This document shows positions 29,108 to 38,365 of a stretch of 64,000 nucleotides of DNA, one piece after another. A model generated the notes under the pieces. The model had not been told where the DNA came from. It worked only from the letters and a program-made list of their open reading frames with translations, and made no database searches. The stretch's first letter is position 1. Every line of letters starts with the position of its first letter. The position numbers were made by a program, and so were the translations under genes. Source of the DNA: a virus; the IMG/VR virus record IMGVR_UViG_3300043395_001970, positions 1-64,000 of that record; one strand, given 5' to 3'.

Positions 29108-29536
29108 TTATTTATTTTCGTTAGATATAACTTCTTTACCTTCACCAAAATCAATTACTTCAAAAACTCTTGTCTGAATTTTCTTAGTACCTTCAGCGTT
29201 GGTTAATATTATTGAATTTTTAAATTTCTGCCAATTGATGACAAATGAATTATCCAATACACCACCATTTTCTTCTTTTACCAGTTCGTTAAGTGCGTTG
29301 ATAGTATATAGTGTATTTGATTCTTTCTTTCTGTGTATTAAAATAGTGTTTTCCAACGGAGTATCCGGTTGGAAAGCTGTATCAATATTGTATGTGATGA
29401 ATAACTCATCTAAATTACTCTTATTTTGGAGTATATAGATGTAGTTATACACTATGTGGTAAGTTTCACGAATTAATTGTAATGTATTTTGTAACTCACC
29501 TTTCGTTGTAAACGTACATAGTAACTGTGTTTTCAT
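29108..29536 (-). CDS. Hypothetical protein
   Basis: 142-aa ORF (QLLCTF, IHRKKESNTLYTINALN) preceded by the putative late motif. Confidence 0.75.
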   Translation of the reverse strand: MKTQLLCTFTTKGELQNTLQLIRETYHIVYNYIYILQNKSNLDELFITYNIDTAFQPDTPLENTILIHRKKESNTLYTINALNELVKEENGGVLDNSFVINWQKFKNSIILTNAEGTKKIQTRVFEVIDFGEGKEVISNENK

Positions 29537-29607
29537 CCTCTTTTTTCCCTTTTTCTTTTATTATCTATAAATATGAAAATTCGGATGAAAGGATATTTTC
29601 AGTTATT

Positions 29608-32600
29608 TTATCCGTATATATTTTTGTTAGCTGCTTCTAGTATTTTTGCAAATCTTTTATCTAATTGCATTTCAAACTTAATTTGGCCGCCATATCCAAC
29701 ACCATCTTCTCTAGCAACAATAGTGGCAATTGGTATTACTCTACCTTTTTTACCAGCTTTGTATGCCAAATATGGTGGTTCTTCATTGGTTACCGCAAAT
29801 AAACCTTGTTTGATTTCTTCAAAGTTTGATGTTTGGAATATATTTTGCAATACAGCTCTATCTAAAGAATTAGGTCCAATTGCCATAGATTCTTCACCTT
29901 CACCAACTGCTTTCAATGGAAACTCCTCTCTAATAGCACCCAACATACCTTGCTTCAACTTAGGATTACTTCCCAAAGAACTAATTACAGCTTTTTGGTG
30001 AGCTTTGTGTACATCTTGTACATTTTGTAGATATTTAACTGCTCCTTTATCTCCCTTCTTTGCTAAAGTGGTAATTGCTGATAATACTACTTTATTAATA
30101 TCTCTACTACCTTTACCTGCTTGCAATTTAGCTACTGCTGTTACTAAATCTATTTTTTTAGATTTAACAATTGCTTGGAATTCTGGGTCATTAGCTACTG
30201 CATTTTGTAATTTTTTAATATTAGCTTTTCCAAAATCTCCTAAAGCCTTTCTTTGATTCTTTTGATATACATTTGGATTAATATCATCAGGAATATTCGG
30301 GTCCCATTCAAACAATTTACCCGTGCCAGAATTTAAGAAGTTTACTGCTGTTGATTTCTTTAAAGATACTTCATCTAATATTTCTTGTCCATCTTTGGTT
30401 TTAATTTTGAAATATGCATCAGTTGAAAATCCTTTATTCTTTTTATAATCAGCCAATCCCATTGCTTCAACCTCACCTTGAGTATCCCAACTACCAGCCT
30501 CAATTGTTGCGCCAGGATATTCTTTAGCTAATCTATTTCTAATAGCTCTTCTGTTGTTTACTGCGGCTTTAATCCAACTTGTACCAACAACCCTACTACC
30601 TTCAACTTTTAATTTAGGGTTTGCTGCTATTTGTTGCTTTTCATGCTCTAATAAAGAGTTAAATAATGCTGCCGCTTGTTTATCATCTAATGTAGTTGAA
30701 ATCATAGTCATCAACTCACCCGCTTGTGCTGATATTTGTCCAGCTCCACCAGGTAAATCTGAAAAATGTGACCACTTTGCTGTTTCTGTTGTTGCTCTAG
30801 TGTTCATCATTCTTTCCAATGCTTTTAAATGTCTTGGTGGAACTTTTGCATTAGCATATAATTCTTTTGGTAATTTATATGGAGCCGGTGGAGGTCCTAT
30901 TTGGAATTTTTTATTTTTTTCTGCAAATTTAGCATCATCAGGTTGTTGCTTCTGAAGGAATTCTTTTGATTTTAAAGTATCTACCTTAGAAAGTGTTTTG
31001 TCTTTACCACCAATAATTCTAGAACCTTTGGTTGGTTTAGTAGCTTTTGCGGTTGGTTCTAAATCTTTTTCTTTTGTTTTTCTAAAACCCAAACCTTGAC
31101 CAGGAATTTCTTTTGGTTTTTTTTCAGTTGCTCCTAATTCACTATTACTAACGCCTGCTTTTTTAAGTAATCCAACTGCTGATTGATATGCTTGTATTTG
31201 TCCTTTGTTTTTAGAACCTTTGTATTTTAGTGCAGATGCTACTTTAATATCTTTTCCTGTTTCTGGATTTTTTACCGTTTGATTCAAAACATCATCTGCT
31301 TTTTTTATAGGATTTTCATTTAAAATCTCTAATATAATTCCATCAATTATTGAAATTTCTTTTTTCATTGTATCTTTTTCTTTCTTTTTATTATATGAAT
31401 CAATCATTTCTTCCATTTGTTCAGGACTAATTTTCATATTTTCCAACCCATCAGCAATCATTTCGGTAAACTTAATAAATTGTGCATCCATTTCAGCTTC
31501 ACCTTCAGCATCCGCAAATAATGCTGCTCTACCAGCTCCTTTTAGGAAAGTTTCTGCAATAACATGTGGTACAAATTCAATAGCAACGTGCTTAGCAAAA
31601 CCAACTGCACCATAGGATAATCCACCCATAGCTGCACCAAATAGTGCGGTGGTTACTATTTTAGTACCAACTGATTTAATTGCATCTTTTTCGTGATGTG
31701 ATAGAGAATTCCATCCACCCGCTTCACTAAATAGTTTTCCAACAGCAACACCAGCTGTTTTGAATTCTTTTACTTCATGTTTAAACCCATCTTTTACTGC
31801 TTTCCAAGCACCAGAAGCTTTATCTCTTAACCTTTCACTAATACTCTTTCTTGCCTCAGAACCAGGCTTATGATACCCCATATTGAAGTATTCCTTTTCT
31901 TTCTTATTCCAATTTTTTAACTTTTCTTTTATTCTAGATAAAGTTGATGGTTTTGTAGAAGTTGCTGGTTTTGGTTCATCTTTTTTCTTTCCCTTACCAC
32001 TCATTGTTTCAATACCCATCTTTTCAGCAAAAGCATTTGCTCTTGGGATGTGTGTTTCAATATCCTCATCAACAATACGAACTTTCATTTTAATTGGTTC
32101 TTTATCACCATTAGGCGGAGTATGTTTCATATTATACGCCTGAATTGTTGCCCATCTATGGTGCCCATCAATTACATATCCATCTCGTGTCACCATTATA
32201 GGTGCTGTAATAAATGGATTGTTCGGGTCTTGCTCTAAAGAATTTACCATGCCCACAATTTGCTCGCCAACTAATTCACTTTGAGTTGCTTTTAGTGATG
32301 ATGCAGGTACTTCAACAGGATCACTTACATTTATACCTTCTGATTTTAAATAATCTTCAAATTCTTTTTCTACATTAACATGCTGAGTGTTTTCTTTTGC
32401 ATACAAATCATCATACTCTTGTTTCTTGTCTGCAGGGATTTCACCATCGTTAGGTAATCCCATTTTCTTTCTTACATTTTGGTCAGCAATTCTTTTTGCT
32501 TTTGCTTCACCCTCAGAACCAGGTTTTGGTTTACCACCTAATTGTGGCATTTTATCTCTTGGTATTCCTATATTTTCATCACAGAATTTATTTGTACCAG

Positions 32601-35589
32601 GAATTGATACTTTACATAAATCCCAATGTGGTGGTTTGTTTTCATCCTTAACTGCAGCAGAAAATTCTTTTTGTAATTCAGGATTATCTTTTAATGCTGG
32701 GTGTTTGAATCCAAATGGTAATGGATGTACTTCTTTAAAATCTGCTGGTAGTTTACCCTCAGCTTTCATTTTTTCAATTACTGCCTTTTGTGCTCTTTCT
32801 TCTTCATCCAATACATCTTTGTAAAAATCATCTAACTTTGTAGAAACTTTATTTACAAATTTAGGATTTGGATTTTCTTCATTTTGAGCAGGTATATCAG
32901 TTCCCTCAACATTACCCTTATCATCAACTTTTGGTTTTAACTTTGGGTCAGGTTTATATTCACCCTTTGGATTACCAGGTTCCGCCGGCTCCTCTTTTCT
33001 AGTTGGGGGAGCAACTTTTTTATCTGTTGGTGGTGTTTCACTCTTAGGAGCTTCTGGTTTTTGTTCGGGCTCTTTGTATGATGCCGCTGCTGCTTTAGCT
33101 TTTTGAGTTGCTTTTTTTACATCGTTTGGTGGTAATTCTTGAACTTTAATTTGTTTACCATTTGATAAAGTTGCCGTAATTGTTTTTTCAAATAAAGCAA
33201 ATACATCTTCAGTAATAATATCCGAAAATGCTAAATCAACAACCCACTCCGTTCTTACATATTTTGCAGGTCCATTTGGCTTATCGGAATAATAACCACC
33301 ACCTACACTATAAATTTTATTTCCAGAAGATGATGTTGCCTCTTGACCAGGCTTTTCTTTTTTAATATCTTCTTTATCATCTTTCGTATCTTCCGGCTTT
33401 TCTTTTGGTTGCTTTGTATCCTTTGATTTTTTTGACATTTTATCAACAAGCTCAACATGACTTTCACCGGCAATTGTAATAGGTATTTTACCTTGTGCAG
33501 TTAATTCTTTATTTTTTTCAATTAAATTTTCATCTCTAATTTCATTAAATGCTACTTGAATATCATTTATTTTTGTTCCTTTATCGCCATTATCTTCTGG
33601 AAATGCTAATCTATATAATGTTCCTTTATCTCCACTACCTTTTGGATTTTCTTCACTTGGAGACTCTCCAGTTGGGTTATCCCAATTTTCTATTGGTGGT
33701 AATCCTGCTTCTTTAGCTGCATCTTGTAAGAATTGTTTACCATCATCATCTAAAAAATCATTTGGTGACATTGTATCAGTACCCTCACCCTGTCCAATCA
33801 TACTAGCCCAATTACCAGCTTTAACTTGAGAATCGTTAAATCCAGTTTTTTCTTTTTGTTTTTGGTATAGTTTGGATTGGTCATTATGTACATCCATATC
33901 ATCACCATCCCATGTATCTACACCAGCACCCATTTCTTTAAACTTCGGAGCTGCATATTTCATCTCATCGTTAAATTCTAACTCACCTGCATCATTAGTT
34001 GCTCCGCCTTCACCTACAAACACAACATCTTTCCATCTTTCTTTTGGTATCTTAGATTTAACATCATCCAATATATCATCAACCATTGCTGTGTTTCCGT
34101 GCTTTGTTCCATATACGAATCCACCACCTTCCATTTCCATTGTTTGGATTTCTTCACCGGATTTCTTTCCTTTAAATTTTTGTGCTTTAGATTCCGGGTC
34201 ATCATTGGCAGGTTCTCTCTTTGCTGGTTCAGATGGTTGTTGTTCTCCGGCAGTACCAGTTGTTTCACCTTGCTTTTTAGGTGCAATTCCTATATCTTCT
34301 GCAAACTTATTACACATTGGAATTGCATCTTTAATATCCATATCAACAACTTCACATTTCATTGGTATTTGCTTATCAGGATATTTTGCGTTATATGCTG
34401 CTATTGCTGCCCATCTATGGTGTCCATCAATTACAAATCCATCTCTACTAACATATATAGGACCTGTTATACCTGGGTGGTTAGGGTCTTTTTCTAAAGC
34501 TCCCATCATTCCAACTACTTTATCACCACCCAATTCAGATTGCGTTGCTTTTAATTTATCAGCAGGTACTTCAGTTTGAGTTGTTGTAATTCCTTTTTCT
34601 TTTAACATTTCTCTAAACACAGGTTCAGTATCTACTTCACCATCTTTGTTTAGTGGCATTTTTTCTGCTTTACTACCAGGAACCGGCTTACCTTTGAATT
34701 GTGGCATTTGGTCTCTTGGAATACCTAAGTTATCATCACAATATAAGTTAGTACCCGGCACAGTTATATCACACAAATTAATATCAGGTGCTTTTTCACC
34801 TTTAGCTTTTGCATCAGCAACAATTTGCTGAACTTTACTAATATCCGTATTGAATTTTTTTAATTCTTCTTTACCAATTCCATCTGGAATATCAGATGGT
34901 GCTCCAAATGTATCAGGATCTGCTTCAGGTATTTCATTCTTTACATCTTGTGCTGGTATTGGTTCAAACCCGTCCTTCTTTTTAGGTTCTTCTTTTGGCT
35001 TTTCAGCTTCTTTATCTTTTTCAGCATCTGCAGCTAACTTAGCTTGAGTTTCTTTTTCTTTATCCAAACGAGCAGCCATAGCCGGGTCAACTTTAGGGTC
35101 AAACATAGCTTGTGCTTGCTGTTGTTTTTCTTTTTCAGCAGCTTGTTTATCTTCACCACTTTTTGGTTCTTCTTCTCCTTTTTTACCACCCTCACCACCT
35201 AATTCTTGATTTAAGGCATCTCTTTCAGGAGAACCCTCTGGTGGTAAAACCTTTTCAGCTGCATCTCTTGCAGGTGTTCCTTCTGGTTGTCTTAAAAGAT
35301 TACCAACAATACCATCTTTTTGATTACCTTCTTTATCTTTATAAGAAACTTTTTTATTAAGGATAGGATTTGAAAAAGATTTTTCTTCTTCTTTTACAGG
35401 TTGAGGAGTTTTTCCTTTTTCAGTAATAAGATTTTGGACTAATTCTTCTTTGATATGAGACAATCCCATTTCAGAAAGTACAATACTTAATTCTTTCAAA
35501 TGAGATGGGTTTTGTGGGTTTGGCATACCATCATTTACTCTATATGCCCATTCTTCAATTATTAAATTAACAATACCAGTTACGTTCAT
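29608..35589 (-). CDS. Giant multidomain protein with two ParB/Srx-like domains and a C-terminal putative PD-(D/E)XK nuclease; possibly an internal virion protein
   Basis: Duplicated module DLC..PGTN..C..N.GIPR..MPQ..LKATQSEL..PI.V.RDG.VIDGHHRWA; C-terminal STDAYF..DEVSLKK; K/E/P-rich linkers. Confidence 0.7.
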   Translation of the reverse strand: MNVTGIVNLIIEEWAYRVNDGMPNPQNPSHLKELSIVLSEMGLSHIKEELVQNLITEKGKTPQPVKEEEKSFSNPILNKKVSYKDKEGNQKDGIVGNLLRQPEGTPARDAAEKVLPPEGSPERDALNQELGGEGGKKGEEEPKSGEDKQAAEKEKQQQAQAMFDPKVDPAMAARLDKEKETQAKLAADAEKDKEAEKPKEEPKKKDGFEPIPAQDVKNEIPEADPDTFGAPSDIPDGIGKEELKKFNTDISKVQQIVADAKAKGEKAPDINLCDITVPGTNLYCDDNLGIPRDQMPQFKGKPVPGSKAEKMPLNKDGEVDTEPVFREMLKEKGITTTQTEVPADKLKATQSELGGDKVVGMMGALEKDPNHPGITGPIYVSRDGFVIDGHHRWAAIAAYNAKYPDKQIPMKCEVVDMDIKDAIPMCNKFAEDIGIAPKKQGETTGTAGEQQPSEPAKREPANDDPESKAQKFKGKKSGEEIQTMEMEGGGFVYGTKHGNTAMVDDILDDVKSKIPKERWKDVVFVGEGGATNDAGELEFNDEMKYAAPKFKEMGAGVDTWDGDDMDVHNDQSKLYQKQKEKTGFNDSQVKAGNWASMIGQGEGTDTMSPNDFLDDDGKQFLQDAAKEAGLPPIENWDNPTGESPSEENPKGSGDKGTLYRLAFPEDNGDKGTKINDIQVAFNEIRDENLIEKNKELTAQGKIPITIAGESHVELVDKMSKKSKDTKQPKEKPEDTKDDKEDIKKEKPGQEATSSSGNKIYSVGGGYYSDKPNGPAKYVRTEWVVDLAFSDIITEDVFALFEKTITATLSNGKQIKVQELPPNDVKKATQKAKAAAASYKEPEQKPEAPKSETPPTDKKVAPPTRKEEPAEPGNPKGEYKPDPKLKPKVDDKGNVEGTDIPAQNEENPNPKFVNKVSTKLDDFYKDVLDEEERAQKAVIEKMKAEGKLPADFKEVHPLPFGFKHPALKDNPELQKEFSAAVKDENKPPHWDLCKVSIPGTNKFCDENIGIPRDKMPQLGGKPKPGSEGEAKAKRIADQNVRKKMGLPNDGEIPADKKQEYDDLYAKENTQHVNVEKEFEDYLKSEGINVSDPVEVPASSLKATQSELVGEQIVGMVNSLEQDPNNPFITAPIMVTRDGYVIDGHHRWATIQAYNMKHTPPNGDKEPIKMKVRIVDEDIETHIPRANAFAEKMGIETMSGKGKKKDEPKPATSTKPSTLSRIKEKLKNWNKKEKEYFNMGYHKPGSEARKSISERLRDKASGAWKAVKDGFKHEVKEFKTAGVAVGKLFSEAGGWNSLSHHEKDAIKSVGTKIVTTALFGAAMGGLSYGAVGFAKHVAIEFVPHVIAETFLKGAGRAALFADAEGEAEMDAQFIKFTEMIADGLENMKISPEQMEEMIDSYNKKKEKDTMKKEISIIDGIILEILNENPIKKADDVLNQTVKNPETGKDIKVASALKYKGSKNKGQIQAYQSAVGLLKKAGVSNSELGATEKKPKEIPGQGLGFRKTKEKDLEPTAKATKPTKGSRIIGGKDKTLSKVDTLKSKEFLQKQQPDDAKFAEKNKKFQIGPPPAPYKLPKELYANAKVPPRHLKALERMMNTRATTETAKWSHFSDLPGGAGQISAQAGELMTMISTTLDDKQAAALFNSLLEHEKQQIAANPKLKVEGSRVVGTSWIKAAVNNRRAIRNRLAKEYPGATIEAGSWDTQGEVEAMGLADYKKNKGFSTDAYFKIKTKDGQEILDEVSLKKSTAVNFLNSGTGKLFEWDPNIPDDINPNVYQKNQRKALGDFGKANIKKLQNAVANDPEFQAIVKSKKIDLVTAVAKLQAGKGSRDINKVVLSAITTLAKKGDKGAVKYLQNVQDVHKAHQKAVISSLGSNPKLKQGMLGAIREEFPLKAVGEGEESMAIGPNSLDRAVLQNIFQTSNFEEIKQGLFAVTNEEPPYLAYKAGKKGRVIPIATIVAREDGVGYGGQIKFEMQLDKRFAKILEAANKNIYG

Positions 35590-35595
35590 AAGTTA

Positions 35596-36204
35596 TTAAA
35601 ATTTGTGGTCAGGTTCTTCACATATCATTTCTAACTCATACCAATGAAATTTTGGTCTTTCGTTAAGGAAAACAAAACACTTCCATTTTTTTTGTTTTTC
35701 AAAGTAGATGTGTTTTTGAATGTGTGATGGAACTGCTGCACCTGTTGCTACTCTTTTTGCTGGAGTATCAAAGAATGATTTTATTAAAACAGTCAAAGGT
35801 TCTACATCATCCCATTTTCTTTCTTGCTCTTCCAACAATCTCCACTCACCTCTATTAAGGTATTGGTCTTGCATTATTGAATTTAAATATGAGAATGTTT
35901 GCTTTAAGTTCACTTCGTTATCAGAGAATGTTGCTGCAGGAGCTCCATGTCCTTTATCGTAAATGTTTGCTTTGTAATCTTCACCATCTGATGTTTTGAT
36001 TCCCTTTTCAGTATAGAAATCCATATGTCCTCTATTAACATTTGTAGGCCTGTTTGTAGAACGATACTTAATGATTAGGGGTTGTTCTAAAGATTGTGAA
36101 TAAAGTACATCAAACACTTCATTTTTAATTCTAACATCAGGCAATTGTGCCAAAGAAGTTACCGAAACTAAAAGAAACGATAATAAAACAAAGATTTTTT
36201 TCAT
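35596..36204 (-). CDS. DNA/RNA non-specific endonuclease (NucA/EndoG family) with a signal peptide
   Basis: YDKGH.APAA, TF.YLN..Q..LNRG.W..LE; likely start MKKIFVLLSFLLVSVTSLA-Q at 36204. Confidence 0.88.
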   Translation of the reverse strand: MKKIFVLLSFLLVSVTSLAQLPDVRIKNEVFDVLYSQSLEQPLIIKYRSTNRPTNVNRGHMDFYTEKGIKTSDGEDYKANIYDKGHGAPAATFSDNEVNLKQTFSYLNSIMQDQYLNRGEWRLLEEQERKWDDVEPLTVLIKSFFDTPAKRVATGAAVPSHIQKHIYFEKQKKWKCFVFLNERPKFHWYELEMICEEPDHKF

Positions 36205-36242
36205 ATTATAGCATATTTTTGTATATACTATAAATATACCCA

Positions 36243-37523
36243 CTAAAGGTTTCCGTAAGTTTTTCCCCAGCTTGCTTTGATTGGAAACCCACCATCTTCC
36301 AATATTCCTTTCAATCCCTTAATTAACTCCTTATCCACATCAACAGGCACATCAAATAGGAACGAGTCATAAGTGTATAGATTCAATGAGATTCCAGTTC
36401 CCTTAATGTAATCCAACACCCTACGCATTTTCTCAACGTTTACTTCAGTTTCAAATGCCTGAAGGAGATAGTTAAATACCTTTTGTGGATTTGCCTGTTC
36501 TACCCAACTTAGTGGAATCAATCGGTTTGGGGTACGGATACAATCACACTCTACACTCTCATCCCAAAAATGGTCTATGAAATCGGCCACCTTATCAAAG
36601 TATGGTATTTGGCGGAACTCATCATCAATACCACCATATAGTAATCGGAATGTAACACCCTTAGCCTCATCAATTCCACAACCATATTGGTCAGCTAACC
36701 ATTGGTGAACGTTTCCATCCGGCATATCGTATCCCACCAACTTACCAATCAATCGAGGGTGATAAGCGTTATAGTCCATTTGTAGGAATATCCCATCGGC
36801 TATGAAACAATCTCTACTACCATCCGATTTGTTTAGGGCGGCATAGTTCACACCACCATGTCTATTGGAAGGTCTACCTGTCACCGTAAATGGATTGTAT
36901 TCGGTGAATACGGTATCACCTTTTAAGTGTTTGGAAGCTTGAGGCCATCTATCAATAAATTTTTCCCCAACGACACGGATTCCGAATCCTTCAATCTGAG
37001 AAAGGGTAGGAATGAATATATCGTTGTACCAATTATAAGTTTTACTCTTTTGGTTTGTATGTTTTAGTAATTCGGGTTCTACTGCTTCCGCAAGTTTAAG
37101 AATGGGAATGGATTGAATGATGTCTTCTCTATAACCTTTGTGTAATAAAGGAGCTACTAAGTGTTGTAATGGTTGAGAGTAGTCTATTGTTTCACCGGTC
37201 TTTAAGAAATAAGCGGTGTCAACATCATTCAGTCCTTCCCTAAGTGTAACAAAAGATTGGAGTAGCTTTTTCTTTTGAAATACCCACTTTTCACCGGCGG
37301 TATTCAACACACCTTCTATTTGCTCATTAGAGAGTGATAGAGCGTCTGTGTGTTGTTGTGGTAGTATATACCTGTCCGATTGGGTTCTTACGAATATAAA
37401 CGAAATAGTGGTGTTTAATGGGTGCTTATCATTATCTACCCATAGCGGATACCAAAGGGATACTTCAGTTTCCAACTTTACCTTTAATTCGTTTAATTCA
37501 TCAATAGACTCAACAATTCTCAT
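36243..37523 (-). CDS. Minimal, divergent family A DNA polymerase
   Basis: TVTGRPS, motif A MDYNAYHPR, motif B AKGVTFRLLYG, NYLLQ, motif C YDSFLFD; likely start MRIVES at 37523. Confidence 0.85.
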   Translation of the reverse strand: MRIVESIDELNELKVKLETEVSLWYPLWVDNDKHPLNTTISFIFVRTQSDRYILPQQHTDALSLSNEQIEGVLNTAGEKWVFQKKKLLQSFVTLREGLNDVDTAYFLKTGETIDYSQPLQHLVAPLLHKGYREDIIQSIPILKLAEAVEPELLKHTNQKSKTYNWYNDIFIPTLSQIEGFGIRVVGEKFIDRWPQASKHLKGDTVFTEYNPFTVTGRPSNRHGGVNYAALNKSDGSRDCFIADGIFLQMDYNAYHPRLIGKLVGYDMPDGNVHQWLADQYGCGIDEAKGVTFRLLYGGIDDEFRQIPYFDKVADFIDHFWDESVECDCIRTPNRLIPLSWVEQANPQKVFNYLLQAFETEVNVEKMRRVLDYIKGTGISLNLYTYDSFLFDVPVDVDKELIKGLKGILEDGGFPIKASWGKTYGNL

Positions 37524-37528
37524 AACTA

Positions 37529-37560
37529 CAAAGATACAAAAAAAATCCCAAACTACCAAA
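37529..37560 (-). promoter_or_regulatory. Bacteroidota-type sigma promoter
   Basis: TTTG-N20-TATCTTTG; the ATG follows after 5 nt. Confidence 0.8.
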
Positions 37561-37576
37561 TAATAGTTCGGGATTT
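37538..37576 (-). terminator. Intrinsic terminator of the tmRNA
   Basis: Minus strand AAATCCCGAACTA-N8-TAGTTTGGGATTT followed by a T-run, directly after the CCA end. Confidence 0.75.
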
Positions 37577-37577
37577 G

Positions 37578-37953
37578 TGGTGGAGATGGTGGGATTCGAA
37601 CCCACGTCTTACGAAGTAACCATAATACCAGCGTTTCACACGTTTAGGATAAGGTTTAATCTTATTCACCTTCCAAAATAATTGGGGCCGTTTGGTTAGA
37701 ACAGCGCTACCACCAACCGATTTAGAGTTTCGGTAAACTTAGGTTTCACTTCTTGTTAAATTCCACGAGTGATGCGGAAGGTGATTAGGCTGCTACAGCG
37801 TAATCAGCACCTACGAATGCCATAACGTCATCGAAGGTCCAAGTAGATAATTCTACATCATTTATTGTTTGATTCCGAGATTTAAGTGGTTTGAGAACCT
37901 TCCCACTACGTGTGATACTACAATTCGCATCGCAATCAATTCCAGTCATCCCC
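37578..37953 (-). ncRNA. ssrA: tmRNA (transfer-messenger RNA)
   Basis: 5' GGGGATG pairs with 3' CATCTCC-A-CCA, including the G3-U70 alanine determinant; T-arm GTGGG-TTCGAAT-CCCAC; internal tag reading frame ending ...DYAVAA-TAA; 376 nt. Confidence 0.96.
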
Positions 37954-37959
37954 ATTATG

Positions 37960-37991
37960 TAAATATACAAAAAAGTATTTACATTTCCAAA
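37960..37991 (-). promoter_or_regulatory. Bacteroidota-type promoter of the tmRNA
   Basis: TTTG-N20-TATATTTA ending 6 nt before the mature 5' end. Confidence 0.82.
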
Positions 37992-38362
37992 TTTTGTTTT
38001 TGTTTAAATTGCAAATAATTTGGTAAGTATTTTATAAGAAGTGGTATTTTTTTCATACCAATCTTAACTGAATTAAAGTTAGATTCTTTCAATTCTTCGT
38101 CTGTTCCAGTTATTTTCCATCTCAATGTAAGTACTGTAAAAAATGGATTTGTAAGTAGTGTTCCATATACTGCTTCACTTATTTCATAGATATATCCATT
38201 TTTATCATTTGTTCTTTGAGCAAAGTATCTTTTTATAAATCCCATTTTATAATCATTTTCCGTTGGAGTAGGGCAAAAAGTACTTATTTGACCATCTTTT
38301 TCACGAAATGGATATCCACCAGCTCCATTTAACTTATTATAATCATAATTGTAAATAGCCAT
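37979..38362 (-). CDS. Hypothetical protein, last gene of the baseplate operon
   Basis: 127 aa; P.PT..DY..GFI.RYF..W.ITG. Confidence 0.7.
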   Translation of the reverse strand: MAIYNYDYNKLNGAGGYPFREKDGQISTFCPTPTENDYKMGFIKRYFAQRTNDKNGYIYEISEAVYGTLLTNPFFTVLTLRWKITGTDEELKESNFNSVKIGMKKIPLLIKYLPNYLQFKQKQNLEM

Positions 38363-38365
38363 ATA

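Noticed and set aside
37578-37615. tRNA-like T-arm and CCA end
   Set aside because: No anticodon arm; this is the 3' half of the tmRNA tRNA-like domain, not a tRNA gene.
37785-37970. 61-aa ORF in the ORF track
   Set aside because: It lies within the tmRNA; only its 3' part is meaningful, as the tag frame.
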